A stretch of DNA of 59,910 nucleotides, filler included, from Porpidia crustulata (Eukaryota), in NCBI GenBank assembly GCA_964255105.1. It is 5 parts of 5 records of this genome, joined end to end, with 100 filler letters (N's around TTAATTAATTAA, not from the genome) between each part and the next. Parts side by side here need not be neighbours in the genome. Positions count along the whole stretch, not along the records: positions 12,036 to 23,940 come from CAXUWE010000584.1; positions 24,041 to 35,930 come from CAXUWE010000585.1; 3 more parts are not named here. One strand, written 5' to 3'. Below, piece after piece: positions 23,297 through 36,030 of the stretch (the stretch's first letter is position 1; each line of letters opens with the position of its first letter). The notes under the pieces are model-generated. The model was given only the letters and a program-made list of their open reading frames with translations, ran no database searches and had not been told where the DNA came from. Both the position numbers and the translations under genes were made by a program.

Positions 23297-23940
23297 GTTC
23301 CTCGTATCCTTAGCTCAAAGAGCTCTTGCGACCATTGACTGGTGACGACTTCTGCACAGCCTGACTTGAAGTCGTGGTGGAGCTGAGGTATTCACGAGCT
23401 GCGCGTGAGACAAGCCCTTGACGGCACTGACTCCGAGGCGCAGGACAACGTCGCGCGAGGGATCGCCAAAGGCTTTTTCGAAGTGTTTGCGAGACTCAAC
23501 AAAGCTCAGATATGGTCTCCACTCTCTTAACATTGAAAGGTGATGGGATGAGAGCTGTCGAGGCGGGAGGAATAGTGAGGCCTCCAGGGTACGGACCTGC
23601 CAATTGCGGTCTAGGATATCCGTCGCTTTACCGTCGAATCGTCGCTTCTCGCTAAGCCGCTAATCACCGTCGGGAGCCGGCTGCCCCGAATTGCCAATGA
23701 AGTAGTAATAATACTAGCAAAATTGAAGAAGAAAAAATTGAATTTGTAATTTGGGGAATTATGGATCTGGAAAATAAATAATTAATGTAGCGAAGAGGCT
23801 TTCGTCGTAGGAAGAGAAGCTAAAAAGAGCATTTGCGCCGATCCCGTGGTATAAAGACATGCGCGCTCGGTATGAACCTATCGGCTGGTTCGCTTGAAAA
23901 CCGGTATCATCCCAAACACCCCCACTGCCTGAAAAACGCC

Positions 23941-24040
23941 NNNNNNNNNNNNNNNNNNNNNNNNNNNNNNNNNNNNNNNNNNNNTTAATTAATTAANNNN
24001 NNNNNNNNNNNNNNNNNNNNNNNNNNNNNNNNNNNNNNNN
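23941..24040. other. Artificial contig linker
   Basis: N44-TTAATTAATTAA-N44. Confidence 0.98.
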
Positions 24041-24937
24041 GACCAGCTCAGCATGTTTTGGTTTTGGGTTGGGAGGGGCGTTGGTTTGATTGTGGATGCG
24101 TGAGTGAGTTGGAAATTTGAGGAAGGGGGAGATGGGGGGGTTATGAAGTTTTGATTTGAAAGCGAGGGTTATTGCATGGTAGCGAGTTATGAAAATATGA
24201 AACACCAAAGCATTGATGTATCTTCTGCAAAAAATCATCATCGACAGTTCCTACACCTGACCCTCAACTCGACCTCGCACGAGCCGTGACTAACAGTGTT
24301 TTCCAAAAACTTCGCATGCTGGAGGCCCTTTACTCGCATTACGCCGAAGAGTTCATAGTTCCCAAGAACAAGGAAAGCCCGCTCGGACTACTTACATTAT
24401 ACGTAAAGGAAGGATAGATATTGCTGGTATTCACATAAACGTTCGACATCCCCAGCAAGGATATAGTAAGGAGGTAAGCAGGCATAGACCAAATCGCAAT
24501 ATTGCTACCCAATTTCAAGATGTAGATCAGACATGACTTGGAATATTTTCCTAGCAAGCACCTCGAACATTCTTGTGACTATCTGATATAGCTATCAGTA
24601 GGCTAACTACAGATGCATGACCAAGTTGAGCTAAACGCTTCGAAGATCGACACTGTTGATGATGTTGTTGGTAGGAAGTTATTCAGGGGGTGGAACAAGA
24701 AAAATAGGAACATTTCTATTAGCGTCCCCAGCCCCATGCGGCGGAGACTACCAATTAACCCCAAATTCCACAAGACATCGTAAGTATCTCAATTTGTCTA
24801 CTGAGCGGGAAAGGTAGTATTGGCTCCCAAAGACGTTCAATTGTATAGTGACCACGAGGAAGAAGACTCTGATGTAAATAGAGAAAAAAATAGCAATGAG
24901 GCTTACTCGCAGGGACGATAGCACGATAGCACGATAG

Positions 24938-25191
24938 CAAGCGGGGTACAGAAAAATCCTGACCGCAAATGCGATTCTACGTCCACATCATCAAATTTAC
25001 TACTAGATTTTTGAGCTTATGCGCTCACAAATTCGATGATACTCTGAATTTTAGCTTTAATAAACGTACTATGATCTCGATCAGAGTCCGATATCATTTT
25101 GTCGAATTTTTCTTCAAAAATGTAGTAGTAAATTTGATAATGTAAGTGAGAAATTGACGTTTGCGGTCGGGATTTTTCTGTCCCCCGCTTG
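24938..25191. mobile_element. Degenerate MITE-like foldback element, about 254 bp, with about 78-bp inverted arms
   Basis: 24938-25015 versus the reverse complement of 25113-25191: outer 32 bp match at 30 positions (CAAGCGGGG[T/G]ACAGAAAAATCC[T/C]GACCGCAAA) and the inner block ATCAAATTTACTACTA is identical. AT-rich spacer; (ACGATAGC)x3 abuts the left end. Confidence 0.7.
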
Positions 25192-25319
25192 GATAGCTAG
25201 GATACCGCGCGGCAAGCGTGTACGGTGACCGAAGTCCGAAACTGTCCCACTTGTCCAGATTTCGATAGGCCAATGCATGATCTTGATCATTTTTGGCTGA
25301 TCTCCTTCGAATCTGCGGT

Positions 25320-26916
25320 ATGGCGGGTGGTGAACCTTTACGTCGGTCTTTCATAAAAGATACGACCGCATACCTTTGCTACGTTCTTCTAATTACCACC
25401 ATCGGCCCTCTACAGTTTGGGTTCCACCTGGTACGCATTGCCATTCAAGCAGCATACCAGATTGACTAAGAGTTTCGCAGGCAGAGCTGAATGCCCCTCA
25501 AGAGGTCTTGACCTGCGAGAAAGATCGGGCCTCTAGTCAAGGTCTCAAACCCGGCCTTTCGAAATGCTTGCCAATGACCACCAATCAATTTGCTATTGTG
25601 TCTTCCATCTATACTCTCGGTGGCCTGCTAGGAGCTCTGAGCTCAGGTCCATGCTGTAACAAGTATGGAAGGCTTCTCACCATGCGCTTGACTACGATAT
25701 TCTTCGTCCTCGGTCCCGTCCTCGAAAGTCTCGCTGGGAACATCGGTGTACTCGTAGGCGGGAGATTTCTCTCTGGTGTTGGAGCAGGAGCGGCAATTGT
25801 TGTCGTACCTATATATATCTCTGAAGTCGCGCCACCAAAAGAGAAGGGCCTCTTTGGCGCCTTGACACAGGTCATGATCAATCTCGGGATTCTTATCGCT
25901 CAGCTTCTTGGATACTTCCTTAGCAAAGGCAACCTTTGGAGAATTATTCTTGCTTGTGCAGGGGGAATCGGGGTTATCCAAATGGTCGGATTGCTATTAG
26001 TGCCTGAGAGTCCCAAGTGGTTGGCTGAGCACAGATCACCGCAGGATGCGAGAGATGTGTTGCAAAAAATGAGAGGCCGCAAAGCAGACCTGGAGGAAGA
26101 AGTGAAGGCGTGGAACGTGGATAGTAGTGCACAAGACATCTGTAGCTTCTCATCACATTTTCATTCTCCTTCCTTCACGCTAACGTATTTACAGCTGAAG
26201 AAGAATCGCTCCTCAGGGCCGATCCCGGTTCTCATCCAGTTCCGACACCAAAGGCGGCAACTGCATCTATCGGAATATTCGCCGCGATCGTGAACCCCAC
26301 ATATCAGCCAGCTATCATCGCGGTCATCATTGTGATGCTGGCACAACAACTGACTGGTATTAATAGCATTGTAATGTACTCTGTCAAGTTTCTCTCACGC
26401 TTACTTCCTGCAACTGCTGCTCTTCTCACCGTTGCTGTTTCTGCCTTGAACGTCGTCATGACCATTCTCTGCGCTCCCTTATCAGATAAGCTCGGCCGCA
26501 AAACATGTCTTTTGCTAAGCATTGCCGGTATGGGCATTAATTCCGTTCTCTTAGCTCTTGGGGTCTATTACAGTGTCAAGATTCTATCCGCGATTGCGAC
26601 TCTACTTTTTGTTGCATCCTTCGCGGTAGGACTAGGTCCTGTCCCTTTTATACTTGCCAATGAACTCGTTGGGCCTGAAGCCGTTGGCGCTACACAGAGC
26701 TGGGCTCTGGCAGCTAATTGGATTGCTACGTTTTTGGTATCACAATTCTTTCCGATACTGGATCAATCTTTAGGGCGTGGGCGAGTGTACTATGTATTTG
26801 CAGCATTTGCCGCCGTGCTTGGTGCATTAATCGCCTGGTGGGTTCCTGAGACAAAGGGAAAGTCCGGCGCTGATGAGGTTTGGGGGAGGAAAGAAGCCCG
26901 AGAAAGGGTTGAATAA
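25320..26916 (+). CDS. MFS sugar-porter family transporter (YBR241C/Vps73-like)
   Basis: IGPLQFGFHL|AELNAPQ, YISEVAPP, PESPKWL, AQQLTGINSIVMYS, DKLGRK, GLGPVPF, VPETKG. Introns 25431-25480 and about 26142-26194. Confidence 0.92.
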
Positions 26917-28205
26917 AGCAGTATTTGACAGCACGCGTGCAGAGGCTAGATGTAGCCTCATGGCCATCGTACTGGTGTTTCTGCCGCCAAATTGAATTGC
27001 CCCAAGCCATGTCCATTTGATTAAGCCTCCGGATAGATGCGCTTGAGGCACTACTGTACTATTCGAACAAGGAGAAGTGCAGGATCGAATCACGCAGTAT
27101 GCCATTATACCAGGGTCGATACATCTAAAGGACACCATACCGCGAAACCCAACAGCATCGACTGGTGGGCGCCAGCAGCCAGTGCCATACAAGGTTATCA
27201 GAATGACTCAGTATCCTAGGAGCTCACTCTTCAGTGCTACCTAAGGCTTGCAGCCTTTGCATTGGGAAGTTGGCTGAATTTAGTCTTGGACCTCAATATA
27301 CTCCAGTCATTCTTGCTCTGATACTCTCAGATGTCTGAGAAGGTGCCGGACATGGTAGAAATTGCCATAGCCTATATAGACAAATGTGTGCATTGCAGCG
27401 CGTTTAGGTCCCAAGGCGACGGGAGACTTGCGCCGGTGAAGGATACATCCCCTGTCATTGGTCGCTACTAATCTCCGTCGTTGGAAGAACATCTGTACGA
27501 GACTATGTAAGCTTTCGAAGATAGCTGGAGTCCCTACTGGTACGGGATGGCTGTGTATTAATTAAATTACGGCTGGCTCAAAGGAAACAATGGCACTACG
27601 CATGACATCAAGAGTACAGAAGTAGAGAATCACTTGTTACATAGAAGTCGAGACCCCATTGCAATATACTACCAGCCGCTCTTAAGATTAAGATATACAT
27701 CATGATGTTACGCATGCGTTGCTCATCAACTTCACAAAGGAGTCGGTTCTGTGATGGAAAATTGCAAGCAGGTTGAATCGATGCTCGTCATTTTCAATTC
27801 GGTCAAGAAATCCGCAGCATCGTATATTCGATTCAACATGAGATGTTCTTAATCCCTGTCAATATGACGGACTCCTTCTCGGATTGTTGCAGAAACCATC
27901 CACGCCATCACACCTGAAATGAGTCAGCTGGGCTATCGATTCGACCCTCAAACGATGGCTTTATTAGATGCTCCGAACAGCCATGAGCCCAGCAGATCCT
28001 ATCACAACATCATTTAGCATGGAAGCGAAAGGATCGTTGTCATGATATGATTGTTCTAGCTAGCCAACGCTCAATGTCCTTATTCACGCACATGACTCAT
28101 ATCCAACCACTTCCTTCACCGCATCCAGACTGGACTTAGCACACCCGCCCATTACCTATCTATCATCACCGTCAAGCAAACGTCCACAAAGCCGGTAAAT
28201 CGATC

Positions 28206-28460
28206 ATGGGTTGCAAGCCCTTGAAATTCACTAGACTCCTCATCCCCGCCTCGCCTCAAACGGTCTCTCCATCGCGCAAGAAAGATGACATTAACGACCA
28301 AGTGACATCGAGGCGGTGGCAGTCTTCGAATCCCTTCAGCGAGGATTATGCGCGGCGGAAGAGGGAGCGTGAAGTGGAGAAGAGATGTGGAAAGCAAGCT
28401 GTGGAAAGAGGACGTCTGAATGGGACTATGGAGATGAGGGCATACCCGGATGAGAATTGA
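28206..28460 (+). CDS. Possible small hypothetical protein (84 aa)
   Basis: ATG-started ORF with a charged C-terminus, C-rich leader and purine-rich 3' end like real genes in this window. No recognisable motif. Confidence 0.25.
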   Translation: MGCKPLKFTRLLIPASPQTVSPSRKKDDINDQVTSRRWQSSNPFSEDYARRKREREVEKRCGKQAVERGRLNGTMEMRAYPDEN

Positions 28461-28943
28461 GATGAGAGACGGCGGATATATTGCTATCAATTCCATGTCT
28501 TTGCGATTGATCCGAAGGGGTTTCTGACCCCCAAGCTTGGAAATAATGGTCGACTACCGTCGCTGAAGCAGGATGAACGGATTTCATGTCAACTTCGGGG
28601 GCTGGAACGTTGAGGAGCAGAACGCGGTATCCTGGTTCAGTCTAGCAGCCCGGTAAAGTCACGCTAATCGATGCATTTGACTTAAAGTTAGCGTGTCAGG
28701 TTCGTGTCCGATCCTGCAGAATTTTTATATTACATTTGAAAATAAATTTCTTCATTAGCCTGTATATCACACCCTATATTCACCATTGCATATCGCTACT
28801 TGCCTCTACAGCTGGACACTGTTGGGATTTGGTGTATGTAGTGGACTAGCGAAGAACAAAGTACATTTGCATTTTGCACGGACACAATTGTCAGCTGCTT
28901 TATCTAGCGAAAGGGACTTGCTAATAAGTCATCAAGCTTAATC

Positions 28944-29873
28944 ATGAAACTCTCCACAGACAGTCCCCAGGATGCCGCGGACGGTAATGAAAGCGTCGGT
29001 GACGGAGTGTCCTCAGTGGCCACATCCTCGATCCACGAGGACGGGTGTGAAAATAAAGATCTTCAGAGTGTAAACAGCCAAGATCTCAAAGAAACCTATC
29101 CCGTACGCGAACAACAGATGTCACCATTCTTTGCCTTGCCGTCAGAAACCCGCAACATGATCATGAGATACGTTGTCGTTCCTGGCGCGGTACATCTACG
29201 GAACCCAAAAGACCAATTCAGGCAATCTTCCGATTTCCATTTCCTTGCTACGTGTCGGCAGGCCTACAGGGAAGGGCATATCTTGTTCTACAGTCTCAAC
29301 ACGTTTTACCTTCCCCCAGGCTCTTTGGAGCACAATTCGGAATATTTCACGCTTCTGCGACCGGGGAACGACGCGTTGATCCGTCACGTCGGGACACGGA
29401 ACGATTTTGAAGATGCGGTTGGGAAAATGTTGACGGACATAGATCATGAAGGCAGCAACGACTTTCCCAGAGATTTCTCGCACACGAGTAACGAGCAGTT
29501 GACAGGCAACCAAGAGCGAAAATCACTCTTTTGGTACCAAGGTACATTGGCCAAGCTCCATTCCGTGTGGAAACATATCTTGAATCGCGTCGTCAACGAT
29601 TACTCCGAAGATATGGGTGATGTATATGAGGATATACACGAGTGGAAAACTGAGTTGTATCCGGGAAGCAAAGTTGCGGTGTATCGACGTCATATCCGTT
29701 GGAGGGAATACACCTGGGATGAAGTGGATAAGATGACCACGACTATTCTAGATTTACTCATAGGAGATGAGGGCTTGGTGCCGTACACAGAAAGCTCGGG
29801 CGGGTTTGTGGAGTCGTTAAGGGAAGGCAAAGTTCTGCAATATGTCCAGAAGCGTCCGATTCTTTGTGGGTAA
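28944..29873 (+). CDS. Hypothetical protein with F-box-like motif
   Basis: Single-exon 309-aa ORF; SPFFALPSETRNMIMRYVV...FLATCRQAYREGHILFYSLNTF is the pattern of a widespread fungal F-box-like family. Confidence 0.7.
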   Translation: MKLSTDSPQDAADGNESVGDGVSSVATSSIHEDGCENKDLQSVNSQDLKETYPVREQQMSPFFALPSETRNMIMRYVVVPGAVHLRNPKDQFRQSSDFHFLATCRQAYREGHILFYSLNTFYLPPGSLEHNSEYFTLLRPGNDALIRHVGTRNDFEDAVGKMLTDIDHEGSNDFPRDFSHTSNEQLTGNQERKSLFWYQGTLAKLHSVWKHILNRVVNDYSEDMGDVYEDIHEWKTELYPGSKVAVYRRHIRWREYTWDEVDKMTTTILDLLIGDEGLVPYTESSGGFVESLREGKVLQYVQKRPILCG

Positions 29874-30841
29874 GGATCTGTTGCTCGAGATGCACTGATG
29901 AAAACCAAAAACCAAAAATCTACTATCATTCCAAACATCGAGTCGTCTCTTCGCAAGGCCCGCTCCTCGCGAAATTACAGAATCGTTTCGAAGAAGATTA
30001 TCCGTCAGTCACACAAAGCAGATTCCCTCCACATCAAGCGAGTATCCAATATCAAACGCCTAAATATAGAGTGTACAGAGGTATCTCGAGAAGTCGGCTT
30101 ACCCATTAATATCCTCGATAGTAGATCCTTATTGAGCTGTATCATCATCAGAACAGCCCCTCGCCTATCACCACAATAACAACAGAAAGTCATCGCCCGC
30201 AAACTCCAATTATAAAGCCAGCACTCTCAATCAGACATCCCTAGTCGCCCATCGACGTAAGACCGACACCATCAAGCCAAAATCACCGCTTACTAGAACT
30301 CGAATTGCCAATACCTTTTCTAACTCTGTAGACCCCAAGTGACTGAGTGGAACAACAAGCGCAACTGACATCGACGGACAGTGCGATTCAGACATGATGC
30401 GGGATTAACAGGAGTGACGTCGGAGATAATCGGCAAATTAACGTGGGGGAAGGATGAGCCGACGTGCCGACCAAGTCTAACCAAATCAGCTTAATCACTC
30501 GCGCCGCTTAAGATCTAGATTTCGACTGCGGGGGTTCTTTGCTATCAGTCATGTTATCTCCCACCGTTTCTCTCTACTTCTCAGATTGTCCAATTACGGC
30601 ATATCTCGACTACCTTCACCCACTAGACACTAGACGAGATAGCAGCGTGTTCTGCTGCTTTGTACTATAATATCCGGACCATGCATCTCTTTCCGTTTAC
30701 TTTGCATCTTGCTACCGGCGCATTCGTTCGTGATCCATATATCTTTCGAAACTGCTGCATATAGGTTTATATCCTCTGCTTGTTTTTGTAGTTTGTCACC
30801 ACTACTTGTAAGCTAGATCTAGTGGAACGTGGGTAGTCAGC

Positions 30842-32794
30842 ATGGCGGATACTTCAAGAAAGGTTCAAGATGAGGACCGCTTAGCGGAGATGGGGTACAG
30901 GCAGGAGTTGAATCGCGATTGGAGCATGCTACACAATTTTGGTGTTTCGTTTTCTATTATTGTGAGTAGTCTGTTTTGCTTGTGGTTGTTTATATCGATG
31001 GAATTGGGAAAAGAGCGTTTATCTAGATGCGATTCCTTCTGTCGACCGTGGTCCGCCTTTTCTAGTACTCGACATTGATTGCATGTTTCCTGTAAAGTGC
31101 TTGGTGATCACGTGGTTTGAATGTTCTGAGATGCTATTGACACTGATGATATTAGAGTGTCATAACAGGCATCACAACGTATGTTGGCAGGTCTCAGAAT
31201 ATTTACCGATTCGACTGACACGGTCTACTCACAAGTCTCTTTGAGTATGGCCTGACTATAGGCGGACCTGGTGTCATGTCCGTCGGATGGATCGTTGTTA
31301 GCTTTTTTAGTTCGTTCATACTGTCTCATTTCGTGAAGCGTGGTTGACTCATTCTATCAGCCATGTTTGTCGGACTCGGTATGGCCGAGATCGTCTCCGC
31401 TATCCCCACAAGCGGAGGACCTTACTTCTGGGCTGCGATTCTCGCCCCTAAAGACAAAGCTCCGTTTGCATCGTGGATCACTGGCTGGTAAATGCTAATT
31501 AATACTTGAATCTGGACTCGCTTCCTGACAAGGCAACAGGTCGAATCTTCTTGGTCAAGTAGCTGTAACGACAGGAATCAGCTTTGGACTAGCCGGATTG
31601 ATTTCCATCACTGCTACAATCATCACCTCATATGTCCCAACGGCTGGTAAGACGATTGGCATTTACGCCGCCATCCTCATCTCTCACGCCGTCATCAACA
31701 CATTCGGTGTCCACATACTTCGACATCTCAATCATTCGTCTATTGTCTTGCATTCCATCGGAGTCAGCTGTTTTGCCATTGCCATTCTTTCCAAAGCGCC
31801 AACTCATCAATCCGCCAAATTCGTCTTTGCAACTTTCTACGACGGCACCGGTACAGATCCTTCTCCAGGGTGGAGTGTCCGCGCTTCGCCAGCGTATGTC
31901 GCTACGTGTGGGGTTCTACTCTCGCAATACACAATTACTGGATTTGACGCTTCCGCTCATTTGTCAGAAGAAACTCGAAATGCTTCCTGGAGTGCACCTA
32001 TGGGTGTTTTGATGTCGATTGGGTGTTCCTCCCTCTTTGGCTTTTTCCTCATCCTTTCGCTGCTTTTCTCGATTCAAGATTTCCCAAACACGGTGAGTAG
32101 CAAGATTGGCCAGCCTGTGATCCAGATCCTCATCGACATTTTTGGCAACAATGGAGCAATTGCCTTGATGACCCTTGTCATGGTTTGTATTTGGCATTGT
32201 GGCCTCTTCTCCATGTTGTCAAACTCCCGCATGATGTTCGGCTTTTCCCGCGACGGCGGTCTGCCGCACTTCTTCAACAAAGTCGACCATCGCTTCCAGT
32301 CACCGATTCGAACCGTATGGCTTGCAGCTTTCTTATCCTTCCTCCTCGCTATCCCCTCTCTCGGGTCTTCGGTTGCATTTACAGCCGCTACATCAATTGC
32401 CACAATTGGATTATACATATCTTACGGTCTCCCCATCCTCATCGCCCTCATCTATCCTCGAAATTTCAAAAAAGGTCCTTTCAATCTCGGCGCCCTTTCC
32501 CGTCCAGTCGGCCTTGTAGCCGTCCTCTGGATTGGTTTCATCACCATTATATTTTGCCTACCGACTGCCAACCCAGTGACTAGCCAGACTTTGAACTATA
32601 CACCCGTCGCGGTTGGTATCGTGATGTTGTGGGCCTTTGGAAGTTGGTTTTTGTGGGCGAGACGGTGGTTCACGGGGCCAATCAGGCAAATTGAGGCGGA
32701 GCGGATGGGTATTGATGTTGAGCATCCTGGGGTCTTGGAGGATGCGGAGATGGAGAGGAAAATATATAAGGAGGTGAAGGTTAATGGTGCTTGA
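30842..32794 (+). CDS. APC-family amino acid/GABA/polyamine permease
   Basis: MGYRQELNR, NFGVSFSII|SVITGITT|LFEYGL..GGP, AEIVSAIPTSGGPYFW, TGFDASAHLSEET, FSRDGGLP, GPFNLG. Four 5' introns. Confidence 0.94.
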
Positions 32795-33103
32795 TAACTC
32801 ATTTGGCTTGAGGATGTAATTTATAGTATTTCAGGACGATTTGAGCTATTTTGAGAAAGAAACCTCACATCTTAAGTATCCTCTATTTCTCACCTCATAT
32901 GCAGCTCTATTATAACGGTCTCCATCGGACGAGGAAGACTTTTGGTGAACATACATCTTAACTTGAATAATTTGCAGTCATCTTGAAGAAATGTAACATG
33001 ATAGTCATAGTTACTCAGGCTCCAGGCAATTTAAGGGCGGGTTCAAGATCTTCAAAGATCGGTGTCGTAATACTTAATAGCAACAAAAATGTTCTGTACC
33101 GTG

Positions 33104-33282
33104 AAAATTGTTACGGCCATACCCACCATATCTAGTAGTATTGGACCAAGTCTTCCAACTTGGTATTTCGCCTTTTAGGTGGTGCGGTTGGGTATTGCGC
33201 CCCTCATGTGGATTGCGCCCACCCCACCTAGCTTCCTCACCCGGGTAAACCAATACCCCTGGGGGTGGTCGTAGCAAAAATT
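33104..33282. repeat. Nested imperfect inverted repeats (degenerate TIR element or structured RNA)
   Basis: Outer arms TTGTTACGGCCATACCCA..GTATTGG and CCAATAC..TGGGGGTGGTCGTAGCAA; inner stems CCAAG/CTTGG and TAGGTGG (33176-82)/CCACCTA (33224-30); ATTGCGCCC occurs twice. Confidence 0.55.
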
Positions 33283-33328
33283 CCGCAATGTCAAAGACTG
33301 TAGAAATAGGATTTTCGTGGATCGTTGA

Positions 33329-33341
33329 GGGTTAGGGTTAG
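33329..33341. promoter_or_regulatory. Telomere-like GGGTTAGGGTTAG box in a promoter (possible Tbf1/Myb-type site)
   Basis: Two telomeric units about 90 bp upstream of the ATG at 33431; a similar AGGGTTAGGGTT lies at 56230-56241. Confidence 0.35.
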
Positions 33342-33430
33342 AGTATCAAATATGCCCCAGAGACCGCGCAGCGTAAAACGATTATACTGGCGCAATACCA
33401 AGGATCACCCCTCAACCTCGCCTCTTGAAT

Positions 33431-35375
33431 ATGGCGGACAATCTTCTCCTCAAATTGCTCCCTCCAGAGACCGATCACCTCAATTATCTCATCCTCCTCG
33501 AGCACAACCTCACCATTGATCAGCTTCCAATATTACATGACATTTTGCAAGATACCAACTTGACTGCAAACATTGGCTGGGACCTCGTTCACCTTCTACT
33601 CCCCTTTTTACCAGCGTCACAGCGATGTCTCCAAGATGTGGCGCGACTAGGGAACCCGAGAGAGGTAGTGTTGAAGGTCACGGAGCTGCTAGAGCAGATT
33701 GGGTCTGAAGAGGTGGGGAATGGGGATGATGAGGGTGATGAGAAAGAGGAGGACGTCGGGCTAGAAAAGCTTAAGATATCAGGCGAGGGTGGAGATAAAA
33801 TCGCCGACGAAAGTCCTGCGTCAAAAGCACCAACCAAGTCAACGCAATTCATTGCCCTACTCGAAATGCTATCCATACTCCACCCTCGCATCAGAACCAA
33901 ATACCCCAGCCGCTTCCTCTCAACCTCCCTCCAAGCCATCCTCCCCGCCTATACCCAAGTCAGTAATTCTCAAGATGCCACCGAAGCCGTTCTTGGCTTT
34001 ATCAAAGCGCTTTCAAACGTGCGGAGACCTCGACTACCTCCGCGCAAGAGCAGTAATGCTGTGTTATTACAAGAAAAAGAAAGACCTGAGTCTGCGCCGG
34101 ATCCGGAGGGGAAAGATGAGTCGCTGGCGCCTGATGAGGGGGCGTTGCAGAATCGATTGCTTCAGTCATTTCTCACACACGTCACGGACGACTATATCTT
34201 GACGGTATCTACTGGTGAGATATGTGGTATGGCATGGTCGAGTAGACTACACGAGAAGCTTCATCCAGAAAAGAGAATACCAGGCAAGATATCTTACAGC
34301 GTTCTTTTCGCAGAAGAAGACTATCTCCATAGTCGGGATGCCATCATGGGCCAGATCGTCGTAAGTTCCACTCGGACCATACTAATCCACATCACTAACT
34401 CACCAGGCCCTTGCACGAGACATAAAACTTTCGTCCGACCATCTTGTCAGCGTCATATCGAATCCTGAACCCCTTGTCTCGGAGGACACTTCCTCTGACC
34501 TTCCATCCACCGCCTCTGACGTCCCCCTTTCCCACGCCGGATCATTACACCTGTTTTCCGCCATGGCCGCTGCATCCGCTCTGTTTGACGCCCCTACATC
34601 CCTACCGGATATGGGCATCCACCCTAACTATACAGCTATACTTGACACCTTTATTGCTGAGCCCGAATCTAGCGGCATTGGCTCCGAGCCCGTGCCCCTC
34701 ATTGACTCCATCATCTTTCTTGGCACGTTTATTCTCAACAAACAGACTCTCAGTCTCCCACTCGACGATGCACAGTTCAACAATATACTCCAGCGGCTCT
34801 CCCTTCTCTCCGCACATACTTCCTCCCCTGAGCTGCGCTATCATGCACACCTACTCACATCTAAGATATTGCATTCTCATCCTTCAGATCATGTACGGCT
34901 AGCGTTTGTCAAAGATACGCTAGAACATTGCCCCTACGAATCCCTAAAAGCCAGCACAGTCGGCTGGCTGAAGACAGAGATTTTGGCCGCCGATGATCAT
35001 TCGGCTGAATCTATATTCAAGACACCGGAAGCTTTAACCACAGTAGCGCCACTAATCTTCTCTCACGCGCAATTATCCTCGCTCATGGATCAAACCGACC
35101 TGCCGGTGTCAGAAAAAATATCAAACTTCGGCGCAAATACTCCATTCTACCTCGCCACGCTGAATCTGTACTATCTCCTCCTGTCCTCGTCCATGCTCTT
35201 CGAGCGGCTTGAAATCAGGCGCTTGACGGAGGAGTATGGTAGGCAATTCGTGCGCGAGATTGGGCGTGTTTGTGAAGTGGTGAGGGTAGAGGGTGGTGAT
35301 GAGGAGGATGTGGTGTTGGTGGAAGGAGTGATTGAGAGGGTGAGGGGTGCGATGGAGACGGCGATGAAGGAGTGA
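33431..35375 (+). CDS. YAP-binding/ALF4/glomulin family protein (DUF1760, Ybp1-like)
   Basis: LPPETDHLNYL, IGWDLV, ARLGNPREVVLKV, RIRTKYPSRFL, DTLEHCPYESLKASTVGWLK. Intron 34361-34406. Confidence 0.8.
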
Positions 35376-35930
35376 GAGGGGACGATCTTGTTTACGGCTG
35401 TTGTGACGTTATAGTGTGGTTCTTATATGAGATGGGAATGATGATACCAGGGTGGTTATGTTGCCGTTAACGAGGAGGAGCTGATCACGAGAACTACCAA
35501 TGTAAATGAGATCAATCAAGAAAAAACCGAAAGAGAGAAAACTACAATAAACACCGCAACGAAGCTACCCAAAAAACACCTTCTCACCCACAGCGATCAA
35601 ACCATCACAACAAGCTCCCCACAAGAACCAAACCCCACACTACCAAATCCACACATACCCACTCCCACTAACTCCACACACCCACAGAGCCCGCACACCT
35701 CCAAATATTCACGTTAAGCGACTAGCCATCTGCACTAGTGAGTAGTGATGGATGATAACGACAGACTGCTAGGGAGTTTGGATTTGATGAACGGCGTTGC
35801 CGGGGGAGTTCGATGTATCTGCCTGCCAAAATGCCAAAATGAAAAAATGTCGGAACGGAGGTGAGGAAGCTACGGCCTCATATGTTTTGTGAAAATACTA
35901 GATATATCCCGCTTGACAGCGGATTTTGAG

Positions 35931-36030
35931 NNNNNNNNNNNNNNNNNNNNNNNNNNNNNNNNNNNNNNNNNNNNTTAATTAATTAANNNNNNNNNNNNNN
36001 NNNNNNNNNNNNNNNNNNNNNNNNNNNNNN
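35931..36030. other. Artificial contig linker
   Basis: N44-TTAATTAATTAA-N44. Confidence 0.98.

Noticed and set aside
24316..24590. Possible degraded reading frame (MLEALYSHYAEEFIVPK...) with TAA/TAG stops
   Set aside because: About four stops in 90 codons is what random sequence gives, and I recognise no protein family.
33105..33230. GTTACGGCCATAC (5S rRNA-like start) and TCGCCTTTTA (U5 loop-1-like)
   Set aside because: 5S similarity ends after about 13 nt with no internal control boxes; U5 needs GCCTTTTAC in a stem-loop and this reads GCCTTTTAG.
33329..33341. Telomerase RNA template candidate (CTAACCCTAACCC on the minus strand; also 56230-56241)
   Set aside because: Pezizomycotina telomerase RNAs are roughly 1.5-2.5 kb; both sites sit in intergenic gaps under about 800 bp between protein genes.
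35490..35700. A/C-rich stretch with many CACA/CCAC motifs
   Set aside because: No regular repeat unit or spacer structure; strand-skewed low-complexity DNA near a contig end, not a CRISPR array or satellite.
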